Part shown: positions 15,682 to 25,983 of the stretch, piece after piece
Numbering within the stretch: position 1 is the first letter of the stretch
Layout of the letters: every line of letters begins with the position of its first letter
From: a virus
Lineage: Duplodnaviria > Caudoviricetes
Strand: one strand, 5' to 3'
Length of the DNA stretch: 44,299 bases
IMG/VR virus record: IMGVR_UViG_3300044759_000025
Location: 1 to 44,299 of that record
Translations under genes and position numbers: made by a program
The notes under the pieces: generated by a model
What the model saw: the letters and a program-made list of their open reading frames with translations, nothing else
Database searches by the model: none
What the model was told of the DNA's origin: nothing

Positions 15682-18600
15682 CGCTGAAGACCCGCGCCGA
15701 ACTCAAGGCCGAGAACGCTGGCGACTTCCCCAACAACAACACCCGCCTCATCTCGCCCGCCGACTTGCGCGGGCAGATGGATGACGTGGCGGACAGCGCG
15801 CTGCTGCGCGAGGACATCCCTGGCCTGAACGTCTCAGAGGCGGTCGTCACCGCGACCGATGACGGTACCAAGACGCTGGCCGAGTGGACGCGCGACATCG
15901 TCAATGGCGGCATCGGGACGCCGGGCAGCGGTATCGTCATTCATATCGCGCAGAGCATTGCGGAAATGCGCGCGCTGCCGGACCTGACGGTCGGTTCTAT
16001 CATCTATGTCGGGCCGCGGGCTGACCAGTTCGTGGTGGTCGACGATCCGCTGCTCAGCACGGACGGCGGCACCGTCTTCATTCCCGACAGCGAATTGAGC
16101 GAGCTTTACGAGGAGGCAATCCCGCCAGCGACATTCGCGGGCGCGACCGGCGCGAATGTCGCGATGGAATACGACCTTGCCCATACCGGCATCGACTTCG
16201 AGAGCGTCGAGCTGGTGCTGACGGACGGCGGCGAAACAATTGATATCTGGAACCTGCACGGGCATGTGTATTTAACGGGATCGGCAGAGCGGGTTGACTG
16301 TCCGCAGCTCCCTCTCATCGATACGGGTCGAGGAAAATTCCGCGATCCTGGGGCATATATGACCGGCACCAAGCCGGCCTCCCATCCAGCCATCCGCACG
16401 GGCGGGGCGCTGCTCCGATACAAATACGCCACCAGCGGGCTGCGCCTGAAGCGCATCATCGGGCCGGTGTTCCTGCTACGCTGGTGGCCGGTGGTGGCAG
16501 TGGACGACGAACTCCCCGGCGAACAGACCGATAATAGCGGCAGGATCTGCTGGTGCATGAATGCAGCGGCGGCAGCGAAGGCCGAAGCGGTGCTGGTCGA
16601 GCGGATGTACTACTATCAGCGCTGTGTCGAAATTCCGGACGGTGTGGAACTGCGCGGCCTTGGGCCAGGCATCTCCGGCTTTCGCGTCATGGACAACGGG
16701 CAGTTCAAGGAGATGCTGCTCACCACGTCGTCCGATGGAGCCGCCGCCGATCAGTCCCTCAACCCCCTCGCAAAGCCGGCAACCCGTCTCTGGTCATACG
16801 ACTCCAGCACGTATTCGCAAGCCACTACTTTCCTTCACGCGACTGGCGCGATGCGTATCCGCATCAGCGGCATCGAGTTCGACGGAAACATGGATAATAA
16901 TCTTCGGCTTTTCTCGGAGACGGACAATACAGGACATAATACTGAATATGCCTATAAATATGCCAATCAAAGTGTCCATCTTTTCAACACTGTTGCGTCA
17001 GCGGCTTTTGTCTACGGTAATGCGGGCGGGCGCATAGTTACGCGCGGCAGCGTTTGTCATCTGCATAATGTCAAGATGCACGGCTACTCGCATCTAGTAG
17101 TGGGTAATCTCAATGTTGTGTTCTACGGAACCGGCCTGCTGGAACTTGGCAACGTCATAACCGGCCACTGGTCTTATTTCGCGGATGGGTTTTTCGAGAA
17201 TATCCGCTGTACAGGTCATACGACATCCGATGGCCTGCGGCAGCATTATCTTGTCGCCAAGTCGGTAGAGTATATTCTCGCTCCGCACCCGCTGGCCATG
17301 TTTGAGATGCCCGCTACGTTTTCCGGACCTCCGCCATTCGGAAACCAGTACGCTCCGCGAACGATGCGGCTCATTGGATTCAACGAGATACCGCAGACAC
17401 AGGTTTATCAGACCATTACATCAGGCGGCGATCAGGGATGGCCTTATCCGCAGCTTCCCCCGTCGCGCATTCTCATTGAGAATTTCTTCGTCGATGCAAC
17501 CGGACTGGACGACTGGCCGCAAGCCTATGCGTATGAGCCCGCCATTCCGTTTGTTGTGGGCGGCGACAACTTTCACATCAAATCGGGAAGAATTCGGTTC
17601 GGTTCATTCGTGTCGGGGGCATCAATCCTCGTAGATACAAACATTAATTCAGCCGGGTATGCGCCGTTCAAGAACCAGCTTTTTGAAAACCTGAGCGTCG
17701 AATACGCATCGCGCAAAGGCGTCCAGCTCCAATCGGCAGGCGTCGTCGATCCCGGCGCGGCGCAACTGAACTACCGCAACATCACATTCGAGCCACGCGC
17801 TGCGACCCATATTCCCGGCGATCCTGGACCGTCAGGCGTAAGCGTTTTGCTGGGATCATGGAGGTTTTACGAGTTTGTTCCTCCTGAACCGTCAGGGTCG
17901 CCGCTGGTCTATTCCATCTATGACGGACGGGAGTTTGAGTTCAGCGCTGTCACGGTCGATGCCACACTGAACGGCAAATACATCGACATCACGCCGCCCG
18001 ACCCGGTGGCCCCGACGTATCGATTTTGGTTCGATTACGGCAGCCCCGGTCCCGGTATTCCGCCTGCAGCAGGCGGCGCAACGCTGGTGGAAGTCAATGT
18101 CCCTGCCGGGGCCACGACAGCAGCTACAGCCGCGGCGTTTTCCAATGCCATTGCCGGCACCATCGCTTCGCCCGCCGTTCCCGCCCCATACCTGACGGCA
18201 GCAACCTACGGCACGAAGTCGGTGGTCGGCGCATTGTCGCATTATCGCAGCCAGGTGAAAGGCGGCTACGTCGGAACCGATGTCACGAACGCGGTTGGAG
18301 TGACGACAGCCCTGCGGGCGCATCGCCGCAACTATGAGCCTTCGGTCATCAATTTCGAGAACTTTATTGCTGCGGACCCGACCTACATCGGTTTACTGCT
18401 GCTCTCGGAGATTGGCGAGCATCGGGATATTTATTTCAATTTCAAGGACTGCGTTTTCGGAGCCTGGCTGGCAAGCGGCATCACCCTGAACGGCACCGGT
18501 AGTTTCGCCAGCGCTCCTGTCCTCGCCATCATGGATCAGGTGCATTGCGATTTTCAGGATACGACTTTCGATATGCGCGACTCGCTCGCGTCCTGGTCAA

Positions 18601-19055
18601 CGCTCGATCTTCATTTCTATGCCAGCAAATATCGCAATTGCCGGATCAGGACGCCGAACTCGATAACAGGGGTCTCGGCGCTCGGTGCCGGCTATGAGGT
18701 GCTGCTCAGCGAGGAGAGTGGTGTCTCCACGGTGACGACGCTGGGAGGCGAAACCTTTATCGATATCCAGACCAAACTATTCTGGGTTCCGAAGGAAGGG
18801 CAGACCCGCCTCTATCCGGCCGACGCCGCGGCGGCGGTAGTTTGGAACGGGCCAAATATTCCGTCTGTGGAATGGCGCAGAAGCGCGAGGCCGATCGGCG
18901 GGGCGACCATCGCACTGGGCGGTGGCGGGTCTTACTACCAGGGCACTGCCGGCATCAATGAGGACCGACGCGCTCCGGTGCTGCGACTGAATTTCGGCGT
19001 GCCGCTGCCGGCGACGACGATGAAGATCGGCTGGTCCGCGGCGGTGTCGCCATGA
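15678..19055 (+). CDS. Tailspike-like protein with a pectate-lyase-like beta-helix (putative depolymerase)
   Basis: About 1125 aa; DGGTVF, DNSGRI, IPDGVELRGLG and ISGIEFDGN are beta-helix-start motifs; N-terminal anchor shared with 19398. Confidence 0.75.
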   Translation: MTLKTRAELKAENAGDFPNNNTRLISPADLRGQMDDVADSALLREDIPGLNVSEAVVTATDDGTKTLAEWTRDIVNGGIGTPGSGIVIHIAQSIAEMRALPDLTVGSIIYVGPRADQFVVVDDPLLSTDGGTVFIPDSELSELYEEAIPPATFAGATGANVAMEYDLAHTGIDFESVELVLTDGGETIDIWNLHGHVYLTGSAERVDCPQLPLIDTGRGKFRDPGAYMTGTKPASHPAIRTGGALLRYKYATSGLRLKRIIGPVFLLRWWPVVAVDDELPGEQTDNSGRICWCMNAAAAAKAEAVLVERMYYYQRCVEIPDGVELRGLGPGISGFRVMDNGQFKEMLLTTSSDGAAADQSLNPLAKPATRLWSYDSSTYSQATTFLHATGAMRIRISGIEFDGNMDNNLRLFSETDNTGHNTEYAYKYANQSVHLFNTVASAAFVYGNAGGRIVTRGSVCHLHNVKMHGYSHLVVGNLNVVFYGTGLLELGNVITGHWSYFADGFFENIRCTGHTTSDGLRQHYLVAKSVEYILAPHPLAMFEMPATFSGPPPFGNQYAPRTMRLIGFNEIPQTQVYQTITSGGDQGWPYPQLPPSRILIENFFVDATGLDDWPQAYAYEPAIPFVVGGDNFHIKSGRIRFGSFVSGASILVDTNINSAGYAPFKNQLFENLSVEYASRKGVQLQSAGVVDPGAAQLNYRNITFEPRAATHIPGDPGPSGVSVLLGSWRFYEFVPPEPSGSPLVYSIYDGREFEFSAVTVDATLNGKYIDITPPDPVAPTYRFWFDYGSPGPGIPPAAGGATLVEVNVPAGATTAATAAAFSNAIAGTIASPAVPAPYLTAATYGTKSVVGALSHYRSQVKGGYVGTDVTNAVGVTTALRAHRRNYEPSVINFENFIAADPTYIGLLLLSEIGEHRDIYFNFKDCVFGAWLASGITLNGTGSFASAPVLAIMDQVHCDFQDTTFDMRDSLASWSTLDLHFYASKYRNCRIRTPNSITGVSALGAGYEVLLSEESGVSTVTTLGGETFIDIQTKLFWVPKEGQTRLYPADAAAAVVWNGPNIPSVEWRRSARPIGGATIALGGGGSYYQGTAGINEDRRAPVLRLNFGVPLPATTMKIGWSAAVSP

Positions 19056-19336
19056 GCATCCGCACCCGCTTTCACCCGCACAGCGACGGCACGGTCACGG
19101 TGCAGCGGACTGATGACGTTGAGCCGGTCCTCGACTGGAACAAGAAGCTGCAGACCACGCCGCAGACGCGGACGGAGAGCTTTCACCACATTGCCTCGAT
19201 CCCGAACATCGTCATCGAGCAATGGCTGATCGAGAGCGGCCTGAAGATGGGGTCGCCTGAGTTCACGGTCTTCATACGGAAGAAGCTGCGGGATCGCGAC
19301 TGGCTGTTCCTACGCACGACCGACAAGAGGTTCTGA
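19052..19336 (+). CDS. Conserved podophage hypothetical protein
   Basis: DVEPVLDWNK...HIASIPNIVIEQW...KKLRDRDWLFLRT; coupled to its neighbours. Confidence 0.75.
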   Translation: MSIRTRFHPHSDGTVTVQRTDDVEPVLDWNKKLQTTPQTRTESFHHIASIPNIVIEQWLIESGLKMGSPEFTVFIRKKLRDRDWLFLRTTDKRF

Positions 19337-19398
19337 TGGCGCTAGACACCTACGCGGCTCTCAAAGCCTCCGCCCTGGCGTGGAGGGTTTGGCAATAA
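19336..19398 (+). pseudogene. Truncated duplicate of the adaptor gene 5' end (MALDTYAALKASALAWRVWQ)
   Basis: 19336-19384 matches 20954-21002 with 5 synonymous differences. Confidence 0.85.
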
Positions 19399-20630
19399 TG
19401 GCTGTAAAAACGCGGGCCGAACTCAAGAGCGAGAACGCGGCCGACTTCCCCGACAATCAGGCCTATCTCATTTCGCCCGCCGCCTTGCGCGAGCAGTTGA
19501 ATGACATCGTCGATAGCGTGGTATTCCCTGCAGATAGTGGCCTGATGGGGCCACCAGGGCCTGCCGGCCCCGCGGGGCCTGTCGGTGCAGCGGGGTCAAT
19601 GGGACCACCAGGGGCCACGGGGCCAGCGGGACCGGAAGGGCCATTGCCGGACGTGGGCGGGCTGTCGGAGGATTGGGAAACCCTCTATCAGCCGTACCGG
19701 CCACCGCCGGGCACTGATCTGACAAGCAGTGAGGCCACTGTCTGGGAGTATGACCCAGACCAGCCTGCAACCGTCATCGCGGGCGATTTGGTTGTCGTGA
19801 AGCGCGGCGACGGAGACGCCAACATAGACGAATACAGCGATGTGCTACCGGCCCCGCTGCTGTGGGTTCGGTCGCACTATCGCGGATCGAATTCCTTGGG
19901 AGTTGCTGGCGGAGGTGGTTATCCAAAGACCATGATCCGCGGCGCTTTGACGACGTTTGAAGTCGGTGACAATTGCGATCTCGGACGGTGGAAATGCTCG
20001 ACCACGGGAGGGCTGGGAGGCACGCCGACCGGCGTGTTCGAGGGTGGGGCGGTCTTCACGGATTACTGGGGTGCCTATCGTGCAGTCACTCCCGGCGTAA
20101 CGCCGATCACGTATGGGGCGGCCGCCGGCGAAATCGTGGGCTACGAGAACAACTTCGGCGGCAGGCTTCGTTTTTCGCTGATGCCGGACTCGGTGCTGCA
20201 GACGGTGCGGCGCGTCGTCGGCGAACTGCGGGATTTCCTTCTCTACAGAACTCAGGCGTCCGGCGGCGATACGTCGCTCCGGTTCTGGTTCAACTCGACG
20301 ACCGATCTTGCCGCCGATCCGTTCACGATGACTTCCGGATCGGCGGTCGTATCGGTGGCACATACGGCGCACGACAAGGCGAATGGCAGCTTCGCACAGT
20401 TTGCTGGGGCGACAATAGCTCACGGCATCACTATCTCGGGCTGGTATACGATCTTCAACGTCAGCGCCAACGCCTACGACATCACGCACACGACGAACGC
20501 CACCAGCTCCGGCACCGGCGGCGGCGGCAACGTCGGCGTGGGCTTTACCACCGACCTTCAGAAGATCGTCAAATACGCCGAGGTAGCAAGCCTGCCTGCC
20601 AACGCCCGCGTTCTCTACATCCTCGCCTGA
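19398..20630 (+). CDS. Collagen-repeat (G-X-Y) fibre protein
   Basis: GPPGPAGPAGPVGAAGSMGPPGATGPAGPEGP; N-terminal anchor KTRAELKSENAADFPDN; TAATG coupling. Confidence 0.8.
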   Translation: MAVKTRAELKSENAADFPDNQAYLISPAALREQLNDIVDSVVFPADSGLMGPPGPAGPAGPVGAAGSMGPPGATGPAGPEGPLPDVGGLSEDWETLYQPYRPPPGTDLTSSEATVWEYDPDQPATVIAGDLVVVKRGDGDANIDEYSDVLPAPLLWVRSHYRGSNSLGVAGGGGYPKTMIRGALTTFEVGDNCDLGRWKCSTTGGLGGTPTGVFEGGAVFTDYWGAYRAVTPGVTPITYGAAAGEIVGYENNFGGRLRFSLMPDSVLQTVRRVVGELRDFLLYRTQASGGDTSLRFWFNSTTDLAADPFTMTSGSAVVSVAHTAHDKANGSFAQFAGATIAHGITISGWYTIFNVSANAYDITHTTNATSSGTGGGGNVGVGFTTDLQKIVKYAEVASLPANARVLYILA

Positions 20631-20640
20631 TGAGCGACAA

Positions 20641-20943
20641 ATGACAACCGAGGAAATCCGTGAGCGCGCCGAGGAATTGGACGCTGCCCTCGCCAACCCG
20701 ACCGTCGAGCTGCTGCAGGAGTTCAACGTCTTTACGACGCAGGTGCGCAATGCTGCCTGGGATGACCCGGCCTTTCAGGTGGCAGGCGAACCGGTGCCGC
20801 TGCAGGTCTTTCATCAGAGCACTGAAGCATTGATCGGAAGCCTGCAAACCTATCTCAGCCTCGAGGCGCACGCCAACCCGATCCCGGTCGGGCTGCTGGA
20901 CGGCAATATCGAGGCGTGGCGTCAGGCGCTGGCTGCTATCTGA
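20641..20943 (+). CDS. Hypothetical protein, possible fibre chaperone
   Basis: Acidic helical 100-aa ORF directly after the collagen fibre. Confidence 0.6.
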   Translation: MTTEEIRERAEELDAALANPTVELLQEFNVFTTQVRNAAWDDPAFQVAGEPVPLQVFHQSTEALIGSLQTYLSLEAHANPIPVGLLDGNIEAWRQALAAI

Positions 20944-20953
20944 GGACAATGAG

Positions 20954-21643
20954 ATGGCACTTGACACCTATGCGGCCCTGAAAGCCTCCGCCCTGGCGTG
21001 GATCGAGCGGACCGGCGATCCTGCCGCCACCGGCATCGTGGACGACTGTGTGACGCTGTGCGAGGCGCGCATCAACAAGACGCCGACGCTGCGCATGTCG
21101 CACATGGAGACGCAGGCGGTGCTGACGCTCGCCAACGGCCAGGCGGACCTCCCTGCCGACTTCCTGGCGATGAAGCGGGTGGTATCCGGCTATGGCCCTG
21201 GCGGCGGCTTCGACGAGGGCTTCGATGTGGGCTTTGACATTGGCGCTGCGGGGATGCCGGTGCTGGTGGGGACGGCGCGGCTGATCGTCTACGCCGAGCC
21301 GGGCTGGTATGACCAGGCGCATCCGACCGGCACTTCGGACGAGAGCGCCGGCTTCTACACCATCATCGGCACGACGCTGCATTGCCGGTCCTCGTCGACG
21401 CTCGGCATCCTCTACTACGCCAAGGTACCGCTGCTGGCGACGAACGATCCGAACTGGCTGCTGGTGAAAGCGCCGGACGTGTATCTGTTCGGGACCATTC
21501 TGGAGATCCTGAACGCGCTCGAGGGGCAGGGCGTGGAGAAGTATGCGGGGCTGTTCGGGGGTGCCGTGCAGGCTCTCATTGCCTCGGAGACGTTCTCCCG
21601 CGGCGGCGTGCTGACCATGCGCGCTTCAATGCCGACTCCTTGA
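20954..21643 (+). CDS. Head-tail adaptor protein
   Basis: MALDTYAALKA...LCEARIN...LPADFL...YYAKVP...NWLLVKAPDVYLFG, a podophage adaptor pattern. Confidence 0.85.
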   Translation: MALDTYAALKASALAWIERTGDPAATGIVDDCVTLCEARINKTPTLRMSHMETQAVLTLANGQADLPADFLAMKRVVSGYGPGGGFDEGFDVGFDIGAAGMPVLVGTARLIVYAEPGWYDQAHPTGTSDESAGFYTIIGTTLHCRSSSTLGILYYAKVPLLATNDPNWLLVKAPDVYLFGTILEILNALEGQGVEKYAGLFGGAVQALIASETFSRGGVLTMRASMPTP

Positions 21644-21644
21644 C

Positions 21645-21869
21645 ATGGCGGGCAATATTTGGGGCGAGGGTCCGCGCGGCGGGATATTCGGCGCGCGGAT
21701 AGACCCGCAGCCACAGCCGCCTCCTGTGGACCGGGAAGCGCAGGTTCTGGCACAGTTGCAGGCGGAGCAGCCGGGCTTCGAGGACAGGATTGCGCAATGG
21801 TGGGGATCGCTTCCTCCCCCAGAGCGGCAGCGATATATTCGGGCTCTTGATGAGAGGGCGAGCGAATGA
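21645..21869 (+). CDS. Small hypothetical protein
   Basis: Fills the gap between adaptor and HNH; ATGA overlap. Confidence 0.55.
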   Translation: MAGNIWGEGPRGGIFGARIDPQPQPPPVDREAQVLAQLQAEQPGFEDRIAQWWGSLPPPERQRYIRALDERASE

Positions 21870-22474
21870 AGGCACTTACAGAAGCCGAAATGGTGGGCCA
21901 GCGCTTCGGTAAGCTTGTAGTGCTTGGCCTCGCAGGGAAGGGAAAACGGCGTGGAAAGCGCTATTGGCTCTGCCGCTGCGATTGTGGGTATGAGAAATCA
22001 ATTGAGGGGCACAGCCTTCGTAACGGAAATACCAAAACATGCGGGGTGAAGTGTATCCGCACCTTCAAGCATGGACATTCATCGAGCACGTTCTTGAGCC
22101 CAACTTACCACTCCTGGATGGGTATGAAAGCGCGCTGCCGGCAAGGGTGGAGGAAGGGCGCAAAATACTATATCGGACGGGGCATTTCTTACGATCCGCA
22201 ATGGGAGAAGTTTGAGAACTTTCTTGCCGACATGGGCGAGCGTCCTGCGGAATGCGACAGCCTAGACCGCATAGATACCGATCAAGGGTATAGCAGGGCC
22301 AATTGCCGGTGGGCGACATGGACTGAGCAAGCCCGCAATAGGAGAAATTCAAAGACATTTACCTATGAGGGGCGGACTCTGCCCATAGCAGAGTGGGCTG
22401 AGAAGCGCGGTATTTCATACATCGCAGCATATAAGCGCATCATAAGACATGGCAGTTTGGAGTTGCCGAGATGA
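21866..22474 (+). CDS. HNH-like free-standing homing endonuclease
   Basis: GQRFGKLVVL, WLCRCDCG, YHSWMGMKARC and SLDRIDTDQGYSRANCRWATWTEQARNRR; AT-richer than flanks. Confidence 0.9.
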   Translation: MKALTEAEMVGQRFGKLVVLGLAGKGKRRGKRYWLCRCDCGYEKSIEGHSLRNGNTKTCGVKCIRTFKHGHSSSTFLSPTYHSWMGMKARCRQGWRKGAKYYIGRGISYDPQWEKFENFLADMGERPAECDSLDRIDTDQGYSRANCRWATWTEQARNRRNSKTFTYEGRTLPIAEWAEKRGISYIAAYKRIIRHGSLELPR

Positions 22475-23916
22475 GGCCGTTTGGAGAGTGGACTCCTGAC
22501 CAGAATGACCTCAACAATGATAGCATTGATATAGCGCGTAATTGCTTACCCGGAATAAACTCCTACCTGCCCGCTCCCGGCCTCATCGCGCAGTCCGCAG
22601 CCGCCCTCCCGCTCCCCTGCAAGGGCCTCTGGTATGTGCAGACGGCAGCGGGCGAATACGACACCTACCTTGCCACCGCCGAGAAGCTCTACAAATACGA
22701 TCCCGGCACCTCGTCCTTTACGGATGTGTCGCGGCTGGTGGGAGGTGCCTACGGCCTGCCCTCCGATGACTTCTGGGACGGCGTGCAATACGGCAACCGG
22801 CTCATCGTCTGCAATCTGGGCAATGAGCCGCAATTCATCGACATCGATAGCGGGACGGAATTCGCGGATCTGCCGAACGCGCCGATCGCACGCTTCGTGG
22901 ATGTCAAGGACGACCACGTGGTCTTCAGCCATCTCCTGACCAATCCGCGCTCGATCGCATGGTCTGCCATCAATGACAGCGAGGACTACACGACGGGCAC
23001 CTCGGGCACGCAGGAATTCGCCGATGCGGGCGAGGTGACGGGCTTCTGCTCCACGGCGGCCATCGTGTTCCTGCAGCGCGGCCTGCGCGGCATCGTCTCG
23101 ACCGGCGACAAATATGCCTTCTCCTTCCCGGCAATGAGCAGTGAGAAGGGAACCGTCGCGCCGTGGAGCGTCCTTGAATTCGGCGCGCTCGCATACTGGC
23201 TGAGCGACAACGGGTTCTATGTGGGCAATGCCAACGAGCAGCGCAGCATCAGCGAAAAGCGCATCAGCAGCTATTTCTATGAGAACCTGAACCAGGCGAA
23301 TGTCACGCACATCTTCTCGACCTTCGACCCGCACGCCTCACGCATCTACTGGACCTATCCGACCGCCGACACGGCGTGGAACGATCGCGCGCTGGTCTAT
23401 GACTGGGCGCTCGACCGCTGGTCGGAGCTGGAGGTGGACATCTACATCATGTCGCGGCTGGCGACGGCCTCCGTCAGCCTCGACGCCTTCACCTGGCCGA
23501 GCATGGACGATCCGGGCCTGCCGTCGCTCGACAGCTTCTTCTTCCGCGCCGGCTCGCCGCTCCTCTCTGCGGTGGGCACGGACTTGCGGCTCTCCACGAT
23601 GGAGGGGCCGAACCTGCCGGCGCTCATCGAGACGGGCAGCTACCAGTTCGGCGGCGCGAGCCGGGTGCGACTGCGCTCCGTGCTGTCCTTCATCGAGGGG
23701 GACGATGCGGAGAGCGTTACCGTGAGAGTGAGCAAGCGCCAGCGCTACGGCGATGCCTGGGCTGTTTCCGGAGCCATTCCGCAGCAGCTCAGCGGCAGAT
23801 ACCCGATGAATGCGGACGGCATGTTCCACAAGTTCGAGTTTTCCTTCCCGGCCGGTGCGAATTGGCTGCACGCGCACGGCTGGGAGCCGGACTTCGCACC
23901 CACGACTGGGCGATGA
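22471..23916 (+). CDS. Tail nozzle / packaged-DNA stabilisation protein (P22 gp10-like position)
   Basis: PFGEWTPDQ N-terminus, IAWSAIND and LVYDWALDRWS beta-propeller-like repeats; synteny after the adaptor. Confidence 0.8.
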   Translation: MRPFGEWTPDQNDLNNDSIDIARNCLPGINSYLPAPGLIAQSAAALPLPCKGLWYVQTAAGEYDTYLATAEKLYKYDPGTSSFTDVSRLVGGAYGLPSDDFWDGVQYGNRLIVCNLGNEPQFIDIDSGTEFADLPNAPIARFVDVKDDHVVFSHLLTNPRSIAWSAINDSEDYTTGTSGTQEFADAGEVTGFCSTAAIVFLQRGLRGIVSTGDKYAFSFPAMSSEKGTVAPWSVLEFGALAYWLSDNGFYVGNANEQRSISEKRISSYFYENLNQANVTHIFSTFDPHASRIYWTYPTADTAWNDRALVYDWALDRWSELEVDIYIMSRLATASVSLDAFTWPSMDDPGLPSLDSFFFRAGSPLLSAVGTDLRLSTMEGPNLPALIETGSYQFGGASRVRLRSVLSFIEGDDAESVTVRVSKRQRYGDAWAVSGAIPQQLSGRYPMNADGMFHKFEFSFPAGANWLHAHGWEPDFAPTTGR

Positions 23917-24215
23917 AGAACATCGACGCGCGCTCCCGCGATCTGCGGGAGCATGCCGAGGCGCTGCATCTTCTGACCCGCAACCGCTGGGGCGAGGTGA
24001 CGCTGGCGACCGGCACGACGACGACCGTGGTGACGGACCCGACCGTGACGCCGGATAGCGTCATCATCTTTGACCCGCTGACCTCGAGCGCCCGCACGGC
24101 ATTGGCGCTCACCTATGTGCTGGCGGCCGATCGGCTGCTTGGCTCTTTCACGATCACGCACGGTTCTAGTGCAGTGACAGACCGCACCTTCCGCTGGCTA
24201 GCGGCTGGAGACTGA
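23913..24215 (+). CDS. Small tail protein
   Basis: GEVTLATGTTTTVVTD...GSFTITH...TDRTF; ATGA coupling. Confidence 0.7.
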   Translation: MKNIDARSRDLREHAEALHLLTRNRWGEVTLATGTTTTVVTDPTVTPDSVIIFDPLTSSARTALALTYVLAADRLLGSFTITHGSSAVTDRTFRWLAAGD

Positions 24216-24219
24216 CATC

Positions 24220-25983
24220 ATGGCAGACGACGACTGGAGCAGCCCGTCCTCGTGGAGTGCGGGCGGCGGCAGCATGTGGGGTGCGCCACAGGGAGGCATG
24301 CAGCAGCCCTATGCAAGCCCCTACGGCGGTTTTGGCGGCGGGATGGCATATGGAGGCGGCTGGGGCATGCAAGCGCCCTACGCGGCTCCTGGGGGCATGT
24401 CTCCCTATGGTGCCTATGCCATGCCGCAGCAGCAGATGATGGCGGCGGCTCCACAGGCGGCTACTCCGCAGGCGCAGACGATGGCGGCATCTGCCGGCAG
24501 TGTCACGCCGCTCGCGACTAGTGGGGAGGATATCTGGAACAAGATCACTGGCGATATCAACTTCGGCGGGGGGATGTCGCAGAACACGACTTTCACGCCG
24601 TGGGAGCCGCTCGGCAACCGCTACCAGGGACTATGGGGCGGCAAGCCGGGCGTCTTCACTGGCGCAGAGCAGGAACTGCAGAAGCAGCAGGGCCTTGGCC
24701 CGCTCGACTTCGATCCCTCGAGCGAGGCCGGCCTGAAGCGCATGGAGCAATTGGCGAGCGCGGGCAATCCGTTCTTTTCCGGTGCCCGCGATGCCGTGAC
24801 CGGCATCACCTCCGGGCAGAACCGCATCAATACCGGCGGCATGTTCGGCAGCATGTATGACGATCCCGGCATCACCGGTTTCGACCAATACAATAGGATG
24901 CGGGGCCAGAACGCCATCGGCAACGATCAGCAATATCGCGACATGATCAACCGCGATGCCATTAGTGGCGGCCAGTTCAACCAGCTTTATGACAAGCCCG
25001 GCGTCACTACGGGCGGCTACAGCGACCTCGCGGGGCGGGACGCCGTAGGCCTTGGGAACTACCAGAACATCCTGCGGGGATCGGGTGGCCCGGGGTCGCT
25101 CTCCGGCGGCATGTTCGGCGAGGTGGCGAGCGGCGGCCGCGTCGACAGCAATCCGTATCGCGAGAAGGCGATACAGGATGCGATGAACCAAACGAGCGAC
25201 CAGGTGAAAGCGACCATGAGCGCTCGCGGCCGCTACGGCAGCGATGCCTATGGCGATGCGATGGGCCGGGCGCTGGGCGAGGTGGCGACGACCGCACGCA
25301 TGCAGGGCTACGACACCGACACCGCACAGATGATGCAGGCTGCACAAGCGAGGAGCGGCGAGGATCTGGCGCGGCAGGGCGTCGGCCTGCAGGCTGCCGG
25401 CGGCATAGCCGGGGCGCAGTCGGGGAATTACGCCGGCCGCCTCGCCGCCATGCAGGGGCTCACCGGGGCGCAGAGCGCAAACGTGGCGCAGCGCATGGGC
25501 GCGGCACAGGGCCTCGCCGGACTGCAGGGCACCAATGCCGCACAGCGGCTGGCGCAGATCCAGGGGCTGAGCGGCGTCCAGGGCCAGAACTACCAAGCGC
25601 AGCTTGGGGCTTTGGGACAAATGAACCAGGCGCAGCAGATGGCGCAGCAGCAGAGAATGGGCGCGGCGCAGGGCCTGACCGGAGTGCAGGGCCAAAATCT
25701 CCAGAACCGCTTGCAGGCGGCAGGCATGGCCCCGCAGATGCAGCAACTGCGCTATGACGATGCCTCGAGGATGATGCAGGCGGGCGCGGCACGCGAGGCC
25801 ATGGCGCAGCAGCAGCGCGACTTCGGCTGGGGCCAGCTTCAGCAATACCGCAGCATGCTCGGCAATCTCCCCGGCTCGGCCGGACAGCAGACGCAGGAGT
25901 CACAGCAGCCCTGGTGGAATACCGCTCTCGGTATAGGCGCAGGTATCGGCGGGATCTGGGGTGGGATGGGAGGGGGCGCGTAA
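24220..25983 (+). CDS. Putative DNA ejection (internal virion) protein, Gly/Gln/Ala-rich
   Basis: NPY...GRYGS motif, repeated AAQGLxGxQ units, C-terminal GIGAGIGG; ejection-module synteny. Confidence 0.7.
   Translation: MADDDWSSPSSWSAGGGSMWGAPQGGMQQPYASPYGGFGGGMAYGGGWGMQAPYAAPGGMSPYGAYAMPQQQMMAAAPQAATPQAQTMAASAGSVTPLATSGEDIWNKITGDINFGGGMSQNTTFTPWEPLGNRYQGLWGGKPGVFTGAEQELQKQQGLGPLDFDPSSEAGLKRMEQLASAGNPFFSGARDAVTGITSGQNRINTGGMFGSMYDDPGITGFDQYNRMRGQNAIGNDQQYRDMINRDAISGGQFNQLYDKPGVTTGGYSDLAGRDAVGLGNYQNILRGSGGPGSLSGGMFGEVASGGRVDSNPYREKAIQDAMNQTSDQVKATMSARGRYGSDAYGDAMGRALGEVATTARMQGYDTDTAQMMQAAQARSGEDLARQGVGLQAAGGIAGAQSGNYAGRLAAMQGLTGAQSANVAQRMGAAQGLAGLQGTNAAQRLAQIQGLSGVQGQNYQAQLGALGQMNQAQQMAQQQRMGAAQGLTGVQGQNLQNRLQAAGMAPQMQQLRYDDASRMMQAGAAREAMAQQQRDFGWGQLQQYRSMLGNLPGSAGQQTQESQQPWWNTALGIGAGIGGIWGGMGGGA

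Noticed and set aside
24631-25845. Long antisense ORFs (also 8426-9280, 8707-9567, 19845-20750 and others)
   Set aside because: These are shadow ORFs expected opposite GC3-rich genes and show no recognisable motifs.
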